The notes under the pieces are model-generated. The model was given only the letters and a program-made list of their open reading frames with translations. It made no database searches and was not told the origin of the DNA. Of a stretch of 55,652 bases of DNA, positions 40,207-49,473 are shown piece after piece. Origin of the DNA: Bryobacteraceae bacterium (GTDB lineage: Bacteria > Acidobacteriota > Terriglobia > Bryobacterales > Bryobacteraceae); assembly GCA_036502165.1 (NCBI GenBank), contig DASXZC010000282.1, forward strand, positions 1 to 55,652, read 5' to 3'. Within the stretch, counting starts at the first letter, position 1. Each line of letters opens with the position of its first letter. A program made the position numbers and the translations under genes.

Positions 40207-40224
40207 TATTGCTAGTGTATTCAC

Positions 40225-40878
40225 ATGTCGAACATGCCGCCGCCCTTGCCTCCGCAACAGCCCCAATATATGGGAGGTCCGCTGCCTCCGAAGAAAGGAC
40301 TTTCAGGATGCGCGATCGCGGCCATCATCGTCGGCGTTCTATGCGTCCTGGTCGTGGTGGGTATTGGCGTGGGCGGATATGTATTCGTGAAGCAAGTGGG
40401 CGGGAAGGCTGGAATTGTGAAATCCGCATTCGCGGTGGCGAATCCGGATTACGACATTTTGGAAGTCAACGAGACGGCGAAGACGATCACGGTTCGCCAT
40501 AAGAAAACCGGGAAATCGGCGACGATTGAGATCGCGAATTTGAAGAACGGCCGCATCGATCCTGCGGATTTAGGATTGACGAGCGCGGAGGCGGAAGGGA
40601 CGGGTGACGCTCCGCCGTGGGTCAAATATCCGAATGCGCGGCTGGTGACGAGCGCGCACGTATTCACCATCACGACGCTCGTTTACCGGACGACTGATTC
40701 AGTCGATAAGGCCATGGATTACTACAAAGCTGAGGTCGGCAAGCAAGGGCTGCAGGCGACCGCGGAGGGCAGCGGTGCGATTGTCGCCAGTGATGCGAAG
40801 GGGGAATTGAAGATCGCGATCAACAGGCGGGCGACGGAGGATGCGACCGTGATCAGCATCATTTACCGGGCGAAGTGA
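40225..40878 (+). CDS. Single-pass membrane hypothetical protein
   Basis: Pro/Gln-rich N-terminus, KK followed by a hydrophobic helix, and P.WV..YP.A. Confidence 0.7.
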   Translation: MSNMPPPLPPQQPQYMGGPLPPKKGLSGCAIAAIIVGVLCVLVVVGIGVGGYVFVKQVGGKAGIVKSAFAVANPDYDILEVNETAKTITVRHKKTGKSATIEIANLKNGRIDPADLGLTSAEAEGTGDAPPWVKYPNARLVTSAHVFTITTLVYRTTDSVDKAMDYYKAEVGKQGLQATAEGSGAIVASDAKGELKIAINRRATEDATVISIIYRAK

Positions 40879-40941
40879 GTCCGCTTGGCGGCAGGCGCCG
40901 AGGTGTAACCTTTCCGGACAATCCCTGTATTTCCTCATGAG

Positions 40942-41874
40942 ATGCAAATGCTACAGAACATGAAATCAATACTGACGGCGGCGGTACTGCTGAGCGCGGC
41001 GGTCTGGGCGGGCGATTCCAACCGCTATAAAGAAGACTTCCACTACTCGTTCCAACAGGGGGCCGGTGGGCGGCTCGAGGTCGAGAATTTCAACGGATCC
41101 GTCGAGATCCTCGGTTGGGATCAGAACACGGTCGACGTCTCGGGCACCAAGTACGCCGAGGAAGAAAGCATGCTGCGGGCGATGCGCATCGAGGCGACGC
41201 AAAGCGGCAATACGGTGCACGTCCGCACCGAGCGGCCGGAGCCGCATCATTGGAATGGCGGAGCGCGATATACGATCCGCGTGCCGCGCCGTACGGATCT
41301 GGCGCGGATTCAATCCTCGAACGGATCGCTGCGGATCGAGGACATCGAAGGGTCGCAGTCGGATTTGACCTCATCGAACGGCGCGATCCGGATGCGCAAT
41401 GTCCATGGGCATATCGAGGCGCACACTTCGAACGGCAGCGTCGATATACAGGGCGCGGATGGCGGAGTTCGCATTGGTACTTCGAACGGCAGTGTGACTG
41501 TCGACGGCGTGCGTGGCACGCTCGAGGCGCATACATCCAATGGTGCGATCCGCGGGACGCTGGTCGATTCGTCGCCGAATGAGCCCATCCGCCTGACGAC
41601 TTCGAATGGGACGATCGATGTCCGCCTGCAGATGCCGCGGAATAATGACGTGATTGCGCAGACGTCGAACAGCAGCATTACGATCCACATGCCGTCGAAC
41701 GCGGCGGCGCGGATCGATGCGCAGACGTCATCGCATGATTCGATCTCGACGGATTTCGATGTGCAGGTGCATGGGATGTTGTCGAAGGGGCGGATTGAGG
41801 GCACAATCGGCGGCGGGGGTCCGCTGCTGCAGTTGCAGACGTCGAATGGGTCGATTCGGATTTTAAGGCTCTAG
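40942..41874 (+). CDS. DUF4097 beta-strand repeat (putative adhesin) protein
   Basis: Signal peptide and many (T/S)SNG(S/A)(I/V) repeats. Confidence 0.85.
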   Translation: MQMLQNMKSILTAAVLLSAAVWAGDSNRYKEDFHYSFQQGAGGRLEVENFNGSVEILGWDQNTVDVSGTKYAEEESMLRAMRIEATQSGNTVHVRTERPEPHHWNGGARYTIRVPRRTDLARIQSSNGSLRIEDIEGSQSDLTSSNGAIRMRNVHGHIEAHTSNGSVDIQGADGGVRIGTSNGSVTVDGVRGTLEAHTSNGAIRGTLVDSSPNEPIRLTTSNGTIDVRLQMPRNNDVIAQTSNSSITIHMPSNAAARIDAQTSSHDSISTDFDVQVHGMLSKGRIEGTIGGGGPLLQLQTSNGSIRILRL

Positions 41875-42347
41875 TCTTTCAACTGCAAGAGCATTTCATT
41901 CGTCGCACCGAAGCCGAGTGACTCATACAGCGGACGCCCTTCGTGGCTCGCGTGCAGGAACAGATTCGCATAACCTTGTTCACGCGTCCAGGCGATCAGG
42001 ACGTCCATGAGGCGGCGGGCCAGGCCTTGGCGGCGCGAGCCGGGTTCGGTGTAGACGTTCACAACCCAGGGACGGCGCGTTGAGGGATTCACCGGACTTG
42101 GATGGTATTCGATCAAGATGATGCCGGCGCCGGAGAGGACGGTGCCTTCGTCGTCCTCGATGAACCAGCCGTGATAACGATCCTCGGCGAGGGCTTTGTG
42201 AAAGAACTCGCGGGACATGGCGTCGGCTTTTTCGAAGCCGGCGGGATCGTTGAGTCCCATTTCGCGGAACATTTCGCGGCGGTGGTGCAGGATGATGTCG
42301 AGATCCTCGGCGCGAGCTTTGCGCAGGCGCGACGGAGGCGTGGGCAT
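41871..42347 (-). CDS. GNAT-family N-acetyltransferase
   Basis: NVYTEPGSRRQGLA and LYESLGF. Confidence 0.9.
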   Translation of the reverse strand: MPTPPSRLRKARAEDLDIILHHRREMFREMGLNDPAGFEKADAMSREFFHKALAEDRYHGWFIEDDEGTVLSGAGIILIEYHPSPVNPSTRRPWVVNVYTEPGSRRQGLARRLMDVLIAWTREQGYANLFLHASHEGRPLYESLGFGATNEMLLQLKD

Positions 42348-42406
42348 TTTTCCATTCTACGATCCTGATCTTAATGCCGCGTCTGCGATACAGTAAATTC
42401 GTCGCC

Positions 42407-43741
42407 ATGTTGAACCGTAGATCGTTCCTCACTTCTCTCACTTCCCTGCCCCTCGCGGGATCCGCCATCGCTGCTGTCAAGGGCCTGCCAACACCGAAAA
42501 TCAAAGACGTCAGCGTGATTGCTACTGCGCCTGAGGGCCTGCGGCTTGTCGTCGTCAAGATCACGACCGATCAGGATGGGCTCTACGGGTACGGCTGCGG
42601 AACGTTCACGCAGCGTGCCGATCTTGTCGTCGAAGCGGTCGAGAAATATCTGAAGCCGTTCCTCATTGGTAAGCCTGCCGATCGCATCGAGGATACGTGG
42701 AACGCGTGCTATAACAGCTCGTATTGGCGCAATGGGCCGGTGTTGAACAACGCGATCAGCGGTGTCGATCAGGCGCTGTGGGATATCAAGGGGCGGCAGG
42801 CCAACATGCCGGTCTACGAGTTGCTGGGCGGCAAAGTCCGCGAGGCGGCGGACTGCTATGGCCACGCTGCGGGCAGTGAAATTTCGGAGTCGATCGACAA
42901 TGCGCGCAAGTGGATCGATCAGGGATTTCGCTTCGTGCGGCTGCAGGTCGGAGTTCCGGGGATGGATGGCTACGGCGCAGGCCGCGCGGCGGGAGCGGCG
43001 CCGCCGCCGAGGCCGGCTGGGACGCTGCATAGCGGTCCTGTGTTTGAACCGGCATTCTATGCGCGGCGCGCGGTGAAGCTTTTTGACGAGGCGCGCAAGC
43101 AGCTCGGCGACGAGATCGAATTGCTGCATGACGTGCACGAGCGGGTGTCTCCCATTCAAGCTGTGCAGCTCGCGAAGGATCTGGAGAAGTACCGGCTGTT
43201 CTTCCTCGAAGATGCGTTGTCGCCGGAGGATATTGCGTATTTCCGAATGATTCGCCAGCAATGTTCGACGCAGCTTGCGATGGGTGAATTGTTCAATAGC
43301 GTCCACGAGTGGCGTCCGCTGATTGAGGGGCGGCTCATCGACTTCATACGCATACACGTTTCGCAATGCGGCGGGCTGTCGCCGGCGCGCAAGATTATTG
43401 CGTTTGCTGAGCAGTACGGAGTCCGCAGCGCGTGGCATGGGCCCGGGGATGTTTCGCCGATTGGGCACGCGGCGCAGATCACGCTCGACATCACGGCGAT
43501 GAATTTTGGAGTGCAGGAATACTCGCCGTTCGGTGAACGTACGCGCGAAGTCTTTTCCGGGTTGCCGCAGATGAAGGACGGCTATTGGTACGCGACCGAG
43601 GCTCCGGGATGGGGGATCGAGATCGATGAGAAGGCGGCGGCGAAGTATCCGTACGGCAGCTTCGAGCGCGGCGATCGCAAGCGATTGAACGGCGGGTGGG
43701 GCGAGATCCGGCGGCGCGACGGGACCATTATTAAGCAATGA
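42407..43741 (+). CDS. Enolase-superfamily sugar-acid dehydratase (RspA/ManD-like) with a Tat signal
   Basis: NRRSFL signal, YWRNGPV, LWDIKG, LLHDVHER, FFLED, MGELF and WHGPGD. Confidence 0.88.
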   Translation: MLNRRSFLTSLTSLPLAGSAIAAVKGLPTPKIKDVSVIATAPEGLRLVVVKITTDQDGLYGYGCGTFTQRADLVVEAVEKYLKPFLIGKPADRIEDTWNACYNSSYWRNGPVLNNAISGVDQALWDIKGRQANMPVYELLGGKVREAADCYGHAAGSEISESIDNARKWIDQGFRFVRLQVGVPGMDGYGAGRAAGAAPPPRPAGTLHSGPVFEPAFYARRAVKLFDEARKQLGDEIELLHDVHERVSPIQAVQLAKDLEKYRLFFLEDALSPEDIAYFRMIRQQCSTQLAMGELFNSVHEWRPLIEGRLIDFIRIHVSQCGGLSPARKIIAFAEQYGVRSAWHGPGDVSPIGHAAQITLDITAMNFGVQEYSPFGERTREVFSGLPQMKDGYWYATEAPGWGIEIDEKAAAKYPYGSFERGDRKRLNGGWGEIRRRDGTIIKQ

Positions 43742-43772
43742 GGCTCTGCTAGATTGGGCTACCGACTGATTT

Positions 43773-45647
43773 ATGTCTGAAGCCCAGGAGTCGCAGGCTA
43801 ATTTCAAATTCGTATTGCGGGTGCTGTTGCGGCTGGCGCTGCGGCGGCGATTCCAGTTCTTCCTGATCATGTTCTTTGCGTTCCTGTCGACGGGCGCGGA
43901 TCTGCTGCAGCCGCTCATCTATAAGTACGCGATCGATGACGTGGCGGGGTTGTTCGTCGGGCGTGATGCGGCGGTTTCCACTGTTACTCCACCCCAGAAG
44001 CACGGGCCGGGGTACATTGCTCCGCGGACTCCGGATCAGATTTTCAAGACGCTCATATGGGCCGTGACCGCGATGTTCCTCATTTCGGTGAGCGGCTATT
44101 ATTTCTCGCTGCGCAGCGATTATGTCAGCGCGAATGCGGCGAGCGAGATGGAAGCGGAGATCATACAGTCGACCTTCGGGCACGTGCTGCGGCTGCCGCT
44201 CGCGTTCTTTTCGAAGCGCACGAGTGCGAGCCTCGCGAAGAAGATCGATCAGTCGGATCAGGTGGCTCCGGTGGTGCACGCGTTCTCGCAGCAGATCGCG
44301 CCCGAGGCCGTGCGGCTGGTGGGAATCACGGCGATCATGCTCACGCAAAGCTGGGAGATGACGGCGGTGGCGATGCTGCTGTTGCCGCCGTACTTGTGGA
44401 TTGCGCGGAGGTCCGCGCTGCGGTTGCAGACCAATCTGACGCCGTACTACGACTTGTGGGACAACATTTCCGGCCGGATTTTGGACGCGCTGTCGGCGAT
44501 CAAGACGGTCAAATTATCCGGCAGCGAGCCGCGCGAGCAGGAGCGTCTCAAGAAAGATTGCGATGTCGCTTATGACACGTACATGCTGCGGGTGCGCGAT
44601 GCGCAGCGGTACTATCTTTCGCAAAGTATCTTGAGCAATTTGAGTAAGTCGATGCTGCTCGGCTATGGCGGATGGCTGGTGTTGCGGCATCGCCTGACTC
44701 CTGGCGATGTGGTGATGTTTGCGGCTTATCTCGATCGTCTGTATTCGCCGGTCGATTCGCTGAACAGCATCGCGGTGAACCTGCAGCAGCAGTTGACTTC
44801 GCTGCAACGGGCGATTCGTTTGCTCGATACGGGGCCGGTTGAGGAGACGGGCGCGGATTTGCCGCCGGGTCCGGGGGCGGTCGAGTTCCGCGATGTTCAC
44901 TTCGGATATGTGGAGGGGCGTGAGGTGCTGAAGGGGCTCAATCTGAAGCTCGCGGCGGGCAAAGTCACGGGCCTCGTCGGACCTTCGGGCGCGGGCAAGA
45001 CGACGGCAGCGGATCTGTTGTTGAAATTGTGGGAACCGGGGTCGGGGGAGATCGTCATCGACGGTCATTCGATTCAGAGCGCGGGTCCTTCGGCTGTGCG
45101 CCGAGCGCTCGGGTTGGTGGCGACCGACGGCGCGGTGTTTCGCGGATCGCTCAAGGAGAACATCCGCTATAAACGTCCGGATGCGAGCGATGCGGAGGTG
45201 CTGGCGGCGGCTCATTCAGCTGGTTTGGATCGCACGCTCGAGCGTCTGCCGGATGGGTTGGATACCGAGATCGGGGAGCGAGGGATCGGCTTGAGCGTCG
45301 GTGAAAAGCAGCGTCTGCAGATCGCGCGTATGCTCGCGGACAAGCCGCGGCTGTTGGTGCTCGATGAGGCGACGGCGAATCTGGATTATGCGACGGAGAC
45401 GGAAGTGAAGCAGGCGCTACTCGAGTTAACGCCGAAGCCGACGATGCTGGTGATCGCGCACCGGTACACGATGGTGAAGGAAGCCGATTACGTCTATGTG
45501 TTGAAGGACGGGAGGGTGGCGGAGGAAGGGACTCCGGAGGAGCTGATTGCGGCGAATGGGTGGTTTGCGGAGTTGGCGCGACAGTCTGGGCAGGCTGAGG
45601 TGTTCGAGGAGGATGAGTCTGACGAGGAGACTGAGGAAGAGGATTAA
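43773..45647 (+). CDS. ABC exporter, fused permease/ATPase
   Basis: TM domain, GPSGAGKT, LSVGEKQR, LVLDEATA and IAHR, with an acidic tail. Confidence 0.93.
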   Translation: MSEAQESQANFKFVLRVLLRLALRRRFQFFLIMFFAFLSTGADLLQPLIYKYAIDDVAGLFVGRDAAVSTVTPPQKHGPGYIAPRTPDQIFKTLIWAVTAMFLISVSGYYFSLRSDYVSANAASEMEAEIIQSTFGHVLRLPLAFFSKRTSASLAKKIDQSDQVAPVVHAFSQQIAPEAVRLVGITAIMLTQSWEMTAVAMLLLPPYLWIARRSALRLQTNLTPYYDLWDNISGRILDALSAIKTVKLSGSEPREQERLKKDCDVAYDTYMLRVRDAQRYYLSQSILSNLSKSMLLGYGGWLVLRHRLTPGDVVMFAAYLDRLYSPVDSLNSIAVNLQQQLTSLQRAIRLLDTGPVEETGADLPPGPGAVEFRDVHFGYVEGREVLKGLNLKLAAGKVTGLVGPSGAGKTTAADLLLKLWEPGSGEIVIDGHSIQSAGPSAVRRALGLVATDGAVFRGSLKENIRYKRPDASDAEVLAAAHSAGLDRTLERLPDGLDTEIGERGIGLSVGEKQRLQIARMLADKPRLLVLDEATANLDYATETEVKQALLELTPKPTMLVIAHRYTMVKEADYVYVLKDGRVAEEGTPEELIAANGWFAELARQSGQAEVFEEDESDEETEEED

Positions 45648-45653
45648 GGCGGC

Positions 45654-45932
45654 TTAGAGGAGCTGGATGGAAACGCGTCGTCCAACCATGGCTGCGGCGC
45701 GTTGCAGGCTCGATAGGGTGATGTCGTTGTGCGCGTCAAGGAGCCTGTCGACTTGCGTTCGGCTGGTCTTCAGCAGAGTCGCCATTTTGGCCTTGGAGAT
45801 TTTCTGTTCCTTCATCGCTTGAGCAAGTTGCCAAGCTACGACCTCCTTGATCGCCTGTGCCTGCGCCTCTTCAAAGATCCCCTCTTCCTTGAGGAAATCG
45901 TCGAGGGTCGATCCCAGATGTTTTGTACTCAT
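45654..45932 (-). CDS. HTH (XRE/HigA-like) antitoxin
   Basis: HLGSTLDDFLKEEG...MA..LKTSRTQVDRLLD, downstream of the toxin. Confidence 0.85.
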   Translation of the reverse strand: MSTKHLGSTLDDFLKEEGIFEEAQAQAIKEVVAWQLAQAMKEQKISKAKMATLLKTSRTQVDRLLDAHNDITLSSLQRAAAMVGRRVSIQLL

Positions 45933-46285
45933 GCTATCAGTTCCCTTTGGCGCTTTCGCGCAAGTTCGAGATCTTCGCCTGGCGTAGTCCGACTCTTCTT
46001 GATCAAGCCGTGAAGCGCGACCAATCGTTCACGGTGAACACAAATCATCACTCGAGCCGTACGATTCGTGGGAAGATCTGTACGAACTTCCCAAAGTCCG
46101 CCTCCCATTGCACGGCATAACGGCATCGCGGCGGGCCAACGCCATTGAGCTCGCGTCAGATCGAGGCCGATGGCACGGCGCTCAACTTCCGAAAGACTCT
46201 TCAGCCAATCTCGAACCGGCTCAGCGCCCGCCGGTGTGCGAAAGAACAAGAGCGGGATCTTCCGCGGAGGAGCTTCGTCCGCCAT
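45929..46285 (-). CDS. RelE/HigB-like (Gp49/DUF891) toxin
   Basis: FFRT..G.EPVRDWL...GLWEVR...LHGLIKKS..TP..DL.LA. Toxin-first gene order. Confidence 0.85.
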   Translation of the reverse strand: MADEAPPRKIPLLFFRTPAGAEPVRDWLKSLSEVERRAIGLDLTRAQWRWPAAMPLCRAMGGGLWEVRTDLPTNRTARVMICVHRERLVALHGLIKKSRTTPGEDLELARKRQRELIA

Positions 46286-46364
46286 CTTTACCTACCATCA
46301 GGTGTACCACAAAAAGTACGTCATTGTGTTCCGTCTTCAGCCACGCCACGCTAAAATCGGTGGA

Positions 46365-46985
46365 GTGCATCGCGCTGACACTCTCCCGCTGACTTTGAGG
46401 ACTCCTGCTTCCTGGGGACCGCTCGCGCTTGCGGACCCGAATGCGTTGCTTGCGGATCATGCCATCCTCGAGAAGAAGGCTGCGTATAGCGCTATGGAGA
46501 TGCTCACGCGGTGGCCGGGGGATTTCGTGCCGGGATGGGTCGAGGTCATGACTACCGTTGCGCGGGATGAGGCGGCGCATTTGTTGCAGGTCACGCGGAT
46601 CCTCGCGCGGCGGGGTGGGCGGCTTTCACGGTCGCATAGTAATCCTTATGCGGCGGCGCTGCGGCAGCTTGTGAGGAATGGGTCGGGCGGAGAGGTGATC
46701 GACCGGCTGTTCGTCTCCTCACTCATTGAAGCTCGGTCATGTGAGCGGTTTGCAATCCTGGCGGAGGCGGCGGCGGCGGCGGGGGAGCGGGAACTGGAAT
46801 CGTTCTATCAGACGCTGTTCACATCGGAACTGGGGCATTACAAGGTCTTCCTGAATCTCGCGCGGACGATTGGCAAGAAGGATCCGGAAGCGGTCGAGAT
46901 CCGATGGGCCGAGATGCTCGAGGCGGAGGCGGGGATTCTGCAGGCGCAGAAGCCGGGGCCGCGGATTCATTCCTGGATGTCATAA
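46365..46985 (+). CDS. miaE: tRNA-(ms2io6A37) hydroxylase MiaE
   Basis: LADHAILEKKAA, DEAAH, IEARSCERF and SELGHY di-iron motifs. GTG start after TAAAAT. Confidence 0.85.
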   Translation: MHRADTLPLTLRTPASWGPLALADPNALLADHAILEKKAAYSAMEMLTRWPGDFVPGWVEVMTTVARDEAAHLLQVTRILARRGGRLSRSHSNPYAAALRQLVRNGSGGEVIDRLFVSSLIEARSCERFAILAEAAAAAGERELESFYQTLFTSELGHYKVFLNLARTIGKKDPEAVEIRWAEMLEAEAGILQAQKPGPRIHSWMS

Positions 46986-46990
46986 AACTT

Positions 46991-48010
46991 ATGCGAAACT
47001 TCCTTCTACTTGCTGGCTCAATGGCGGGTTTTCTGACGGCCGGTGCGGCGGAGTTGCCTCGCGCTCATGCGCGTGAACGGCACTTCGATGTCGATTATAC
47101 GGTGACTGTCGACAAGATTCCAACGCTTACGAATAGCGTCGAGATCTGGCTGCCGGTGCCGCACGATGATCCGTATCAGGATATTTCGCATTTCGATGTC
47201 ACGTCTGACGCTCCGTATGACATCAAGAAGGGTGAGTTCGGTAACCGGATGCTGCATATACGCGTAGACGGGGCGGCGCTGGCGCGGCCGTCGATCACGG
47301 TTGGGATGCAGTTCGCCGTCAAGCGGCGTGAGCATATACGGTTAGAAGATGGCGCGGCGGTCTCGAAGGAATCGGCGGCGGATAAGGATCCGGATATGCA
47401 GCGGTGGCTCGAGCCGGATCGGCTGGTGCCGCTCGACGACAAGATCCGGGGGTGGGCGCAGCAGGTGGTCGATGCGGCGGGGGCGAAGACGGATCTCGAA
47501 AAGGCCCGTGCGATTTACAACCACGTCGTTTCGACGGTGAAATACGATAAGACGGGCAAGGGGTGGGGTCGCGGTGACATCTATTACGCGTGCGATGAGC
47601 GGCGGGGGAACTGCACCGACTTCCATGCGATCTTCATTGGGTATGCTCGCGCGCTGGGGATTCCCGCCCGGTTCTCGATCGGATTGCCGCTGCCGAAGGA
47701 GCGTGGGCAGGCGATCATCAACGGGTATCATTGCTGGGCGGAGTTCTACATCAAGGGGATCGGGTGGATTCCGGTCGATGCGTCCGAAGCGGCGAAGGAT
47801 CCGTCACGGCGGGAATATTTCTTCGGAGCCCATGACGAGAATCGCGTGGAATTTTCACGCGGGAGGGATCTGGTGTTGACGCCGAGGCAGCAGGGCGAGC
47901 CGCTGAATTATTTCATTTATCCGTATGTCGAGGTCGATGGGAAGCCGTATAAGAGCGTGCAGTATAAGTTCCGCTACGCTGACATTGGAAAATTAAAAGA
48001 CGTTCATTAA
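46991..48010 (+). CDS. Exported transglutaminase-like domain protein
   Basis: Signal peptide, GNCTDFH, YHCWAEFY and W.PVD. Confidence 0.88.
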   Translation: MRNFLLLAGSMAGFLTAGAAELPRAHARERHFDVDYTVTVDKIPTLTNSVEIWLPVPHDDPYQDISHFDVTSDAPYDIKKGEFGNRMLHIRVDGAALARPSITVGMQFAVKRREHIRLEDGAAVSKESAADKDPDMQRWLEPDRLVPLDDKIRGWAQQVVDAAGAKTDLEKARAIYNHVVSTVKYDKTGKGWGRGDIYYACDERRGNCTDFHAIFIGYARALGIPARFSIGLPLPKERGQAIINGYHCWAEFYIKGIGWIPVDASEAAKDPSRREYFFGAHDENRVEFSRGRDLVLTPRQQGEPLNYFIYPYVEVDGKPYKSVQYKFRYADIGKLKDVH

Positions 48011-48130
48011 AACTGAAGGGCCGGGGAACACTCGGAGGAAGATGTTCGCCGGCCCTGGGGCTCATGCAGCGGTTGCAATTGCCCAACTCGCGAGCGATGT
48101 GGCCGATTCGGCTGCCACCCTTGCTCTACT
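48009..48130 (-). ncRNA. Candidate small RNA ending in a hairpin with a UCUUCCUCCGAG loop
   Basis: Stem at 48017-48056 followed by UCAGUUUU on the minus strand, with an ECF-like promoter upstream. Confidence 0.4.
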
Positions 48131-48136
48131 CTATAA

Positions 48137-48162
48137 GACGATCCAATGACGGGAAAGTTTCA
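48137..48162 (-). promoter_or_regulatory. ECF sigma-type promoter TGAAAC-N16-CGTC
   Basis: TGAAAC at 48162-48157 and CGTC at 48140-48137, 16-nt spacer. Confidence 0.5.
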
Positions 48163-48165
48163 GCC

Positions 48166-49440
48166 TTATGCCGAAGCTGGGAGCGATTCCTGATCCGGTT
48201 GGCGCTCAACCCAACGGATCTCCTCAACATCGCCCACTATCCATAGATACGCCATTGCGCCCAAAATAACAATCCCTGAAGCGACAACAAACGCAAAAAA
48301 GAACGATCCGGTCCTCTCAACGGTCCATCCGGTGAGCCAGGGGGCCACTACACCGGCCAAATTCCCAAATCCGTTCTGTAATCCAGTCCACTTACCGGCT
48401 GCGGCGCGTCCGGCGAGCCGCTGCGTCAGGGCCCACAGGTTGGACGAAGCAAGGCCCATGCTCAGGCAGGCGACGAACAGGATTCCCATGGAAATTTTTT
48501 GATCCTGGACCAGATTCGCCGGCAGCACGAGGGTCGTCATCAGCAAGCCGGTCACGAGGAACCCTTTACGCACCTTTGTGGGGGATGCCCCCCTACGAAT
48601 GAGGGTATCGGACAGGATTCCGGCGCAGAGCGACGAGATCGCGACGCCCCAGAAGGGGAGCGAGCCGAAGGTCGCCATCATTTCTTTCGTGTAATGGCGT
48701 TCCTTTTCCAAATAAGATGGCAGCCAAGTGATCAGGAAATACCAAGTGTAGTTGTAGCAAAAGAGTCCGAGAAAAGTTCCCCAGGCGCTGCGTTTAGAAA
48801 GGATCTCGGAGATCGGCGGGGCGGGTTCCGAAAAGGCGCGTCCAGTTTCCACCTTTTGGTGGTAGGCGACGAACACCCAGGGGATCAGCCACGCCATGCT
48901 GATGCCGCCGATGACCAGGAACATCGTGCGCCAGCCGTGCTGTGCGAGCAGCATTCCGCAGATGATGACGCCGAGCGCGGGGCCGGTCTTCGATCCGGCG
49001 TCGATCAGGGCGTTGGCGACGCCGCGCTGGTGCTCGGGGAATCCGCCGGCGATGATTTTCGAGTAGCACGGGTAGGCTATGGATTCCGCCACTCCGAGCA
49101 CGAGGCGGAGGCCGAGCAGCATTCCGAAGCTGGTTACGAGACCGGTAAACATGGTTGCGGCCGACCAGATCAGATATCCGCCGGCGTAGAGCCAGTTGAC
49201 GTTAATGCGGTCGATCAGCCATCCGGAGAAGATCTGGCTGACGGCATAGGTCCAGAAGAAGGCGGAGAACAGCTTGCCCATCTGTTGGGGATTGGCGCCG
49301 AACTCGAGGCTGACGTCGGTTCCGGCGACAGAAAGATTTCCACGGTCGATGTAGTTGATGCAGATCGAGACGACCAATAAAATCAAGGCGAACCAGAGGA
49401 AGCTCTTGGATCGCCCGGTGACGGACCGGGAAGCGGACAT
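48166..49440 (-). CDS. MFS transporter (anion:cation symporter, ExuT/DgoT-like)
   Basis: INYIDRGNLS, SAFFWTY, GWLIDR, RLVLGVAE and WLPSYL. Start at ATG 49440 or 49461. Confidence 0.9.
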   Translation of the reverse strand: MSASRSVTGRSKSFLWFALILLVVSICINYIDRGNLSVAGTDVSLEFGANPQQMGKLFSAFFWTYAVSQIFSGWLIDRINVNWLYAGGYLIWSAATMFTGLVTSFGMLLGLRLVLGVAESIAYPCYSKIIAGGFPEHQRGVANALIDAGSKTGPALGVIICGMLLAQHGWRTMFLVIGGISMAWLIPWVFVAYHQKVETGRAFSEPAPPISEILSKRSAWGTFLGLFCYNYTWYFLITWLPSYLEKERHYTKEMMATFGSLPFWGVAISSLCAGILSDTLIRRGASPTKVRKGFLVTGLLMTTLVLPANLVQDQKISMGILFVACLSMGLASSNLWALTQRLAGRAAAGKWTGLQNGFGNLAGVVAPWLTGWTVERTGSFFFAFVVASGIVILGAMAYLWIVGDVEEIRWVERQPDQESLPASA

Positions 49441-49473
49441 GGCCGGAGTCAAGGCTTGCATTATACTTCGGAT

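Noticed and set aside
40904-40929. TGTAAC-N16-TGTA as an ECF promoter for the DUF4097 gene
   Set aside because: Plausible, but the -10 deviates from CGT, so it is too weak to list as a feature.
41080-41860. Recurring TCGAACGG-like nucleotide repeats as a CRISPR or DNA repeat array
   Set aside because: They encode the SNG protein repeats of DUF4097. No CRISPR array or cas genes were seen anywhere in the window.
42371-43918. Long antisense ORFs (also 19878-21104, 25890-27119, 31126-32436, 50430-51872, 52872-54011, 54008-55102)
   Set aside because: These are typical high-GC shadow frames opposite well-supported genes, with no recognisable motifs.
43773-45647. ABC exporter as the lasso peptide transporter
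   Set aside because: It lies about 28 kb away in an unrelated context, with nothing linking it to the locus.
46991-48010. Transglutaminase-like gene as another lasso protease
   Set aside because: It is exported, much longer, of the GNCTDFH type, and has no RiPP genes nearby.
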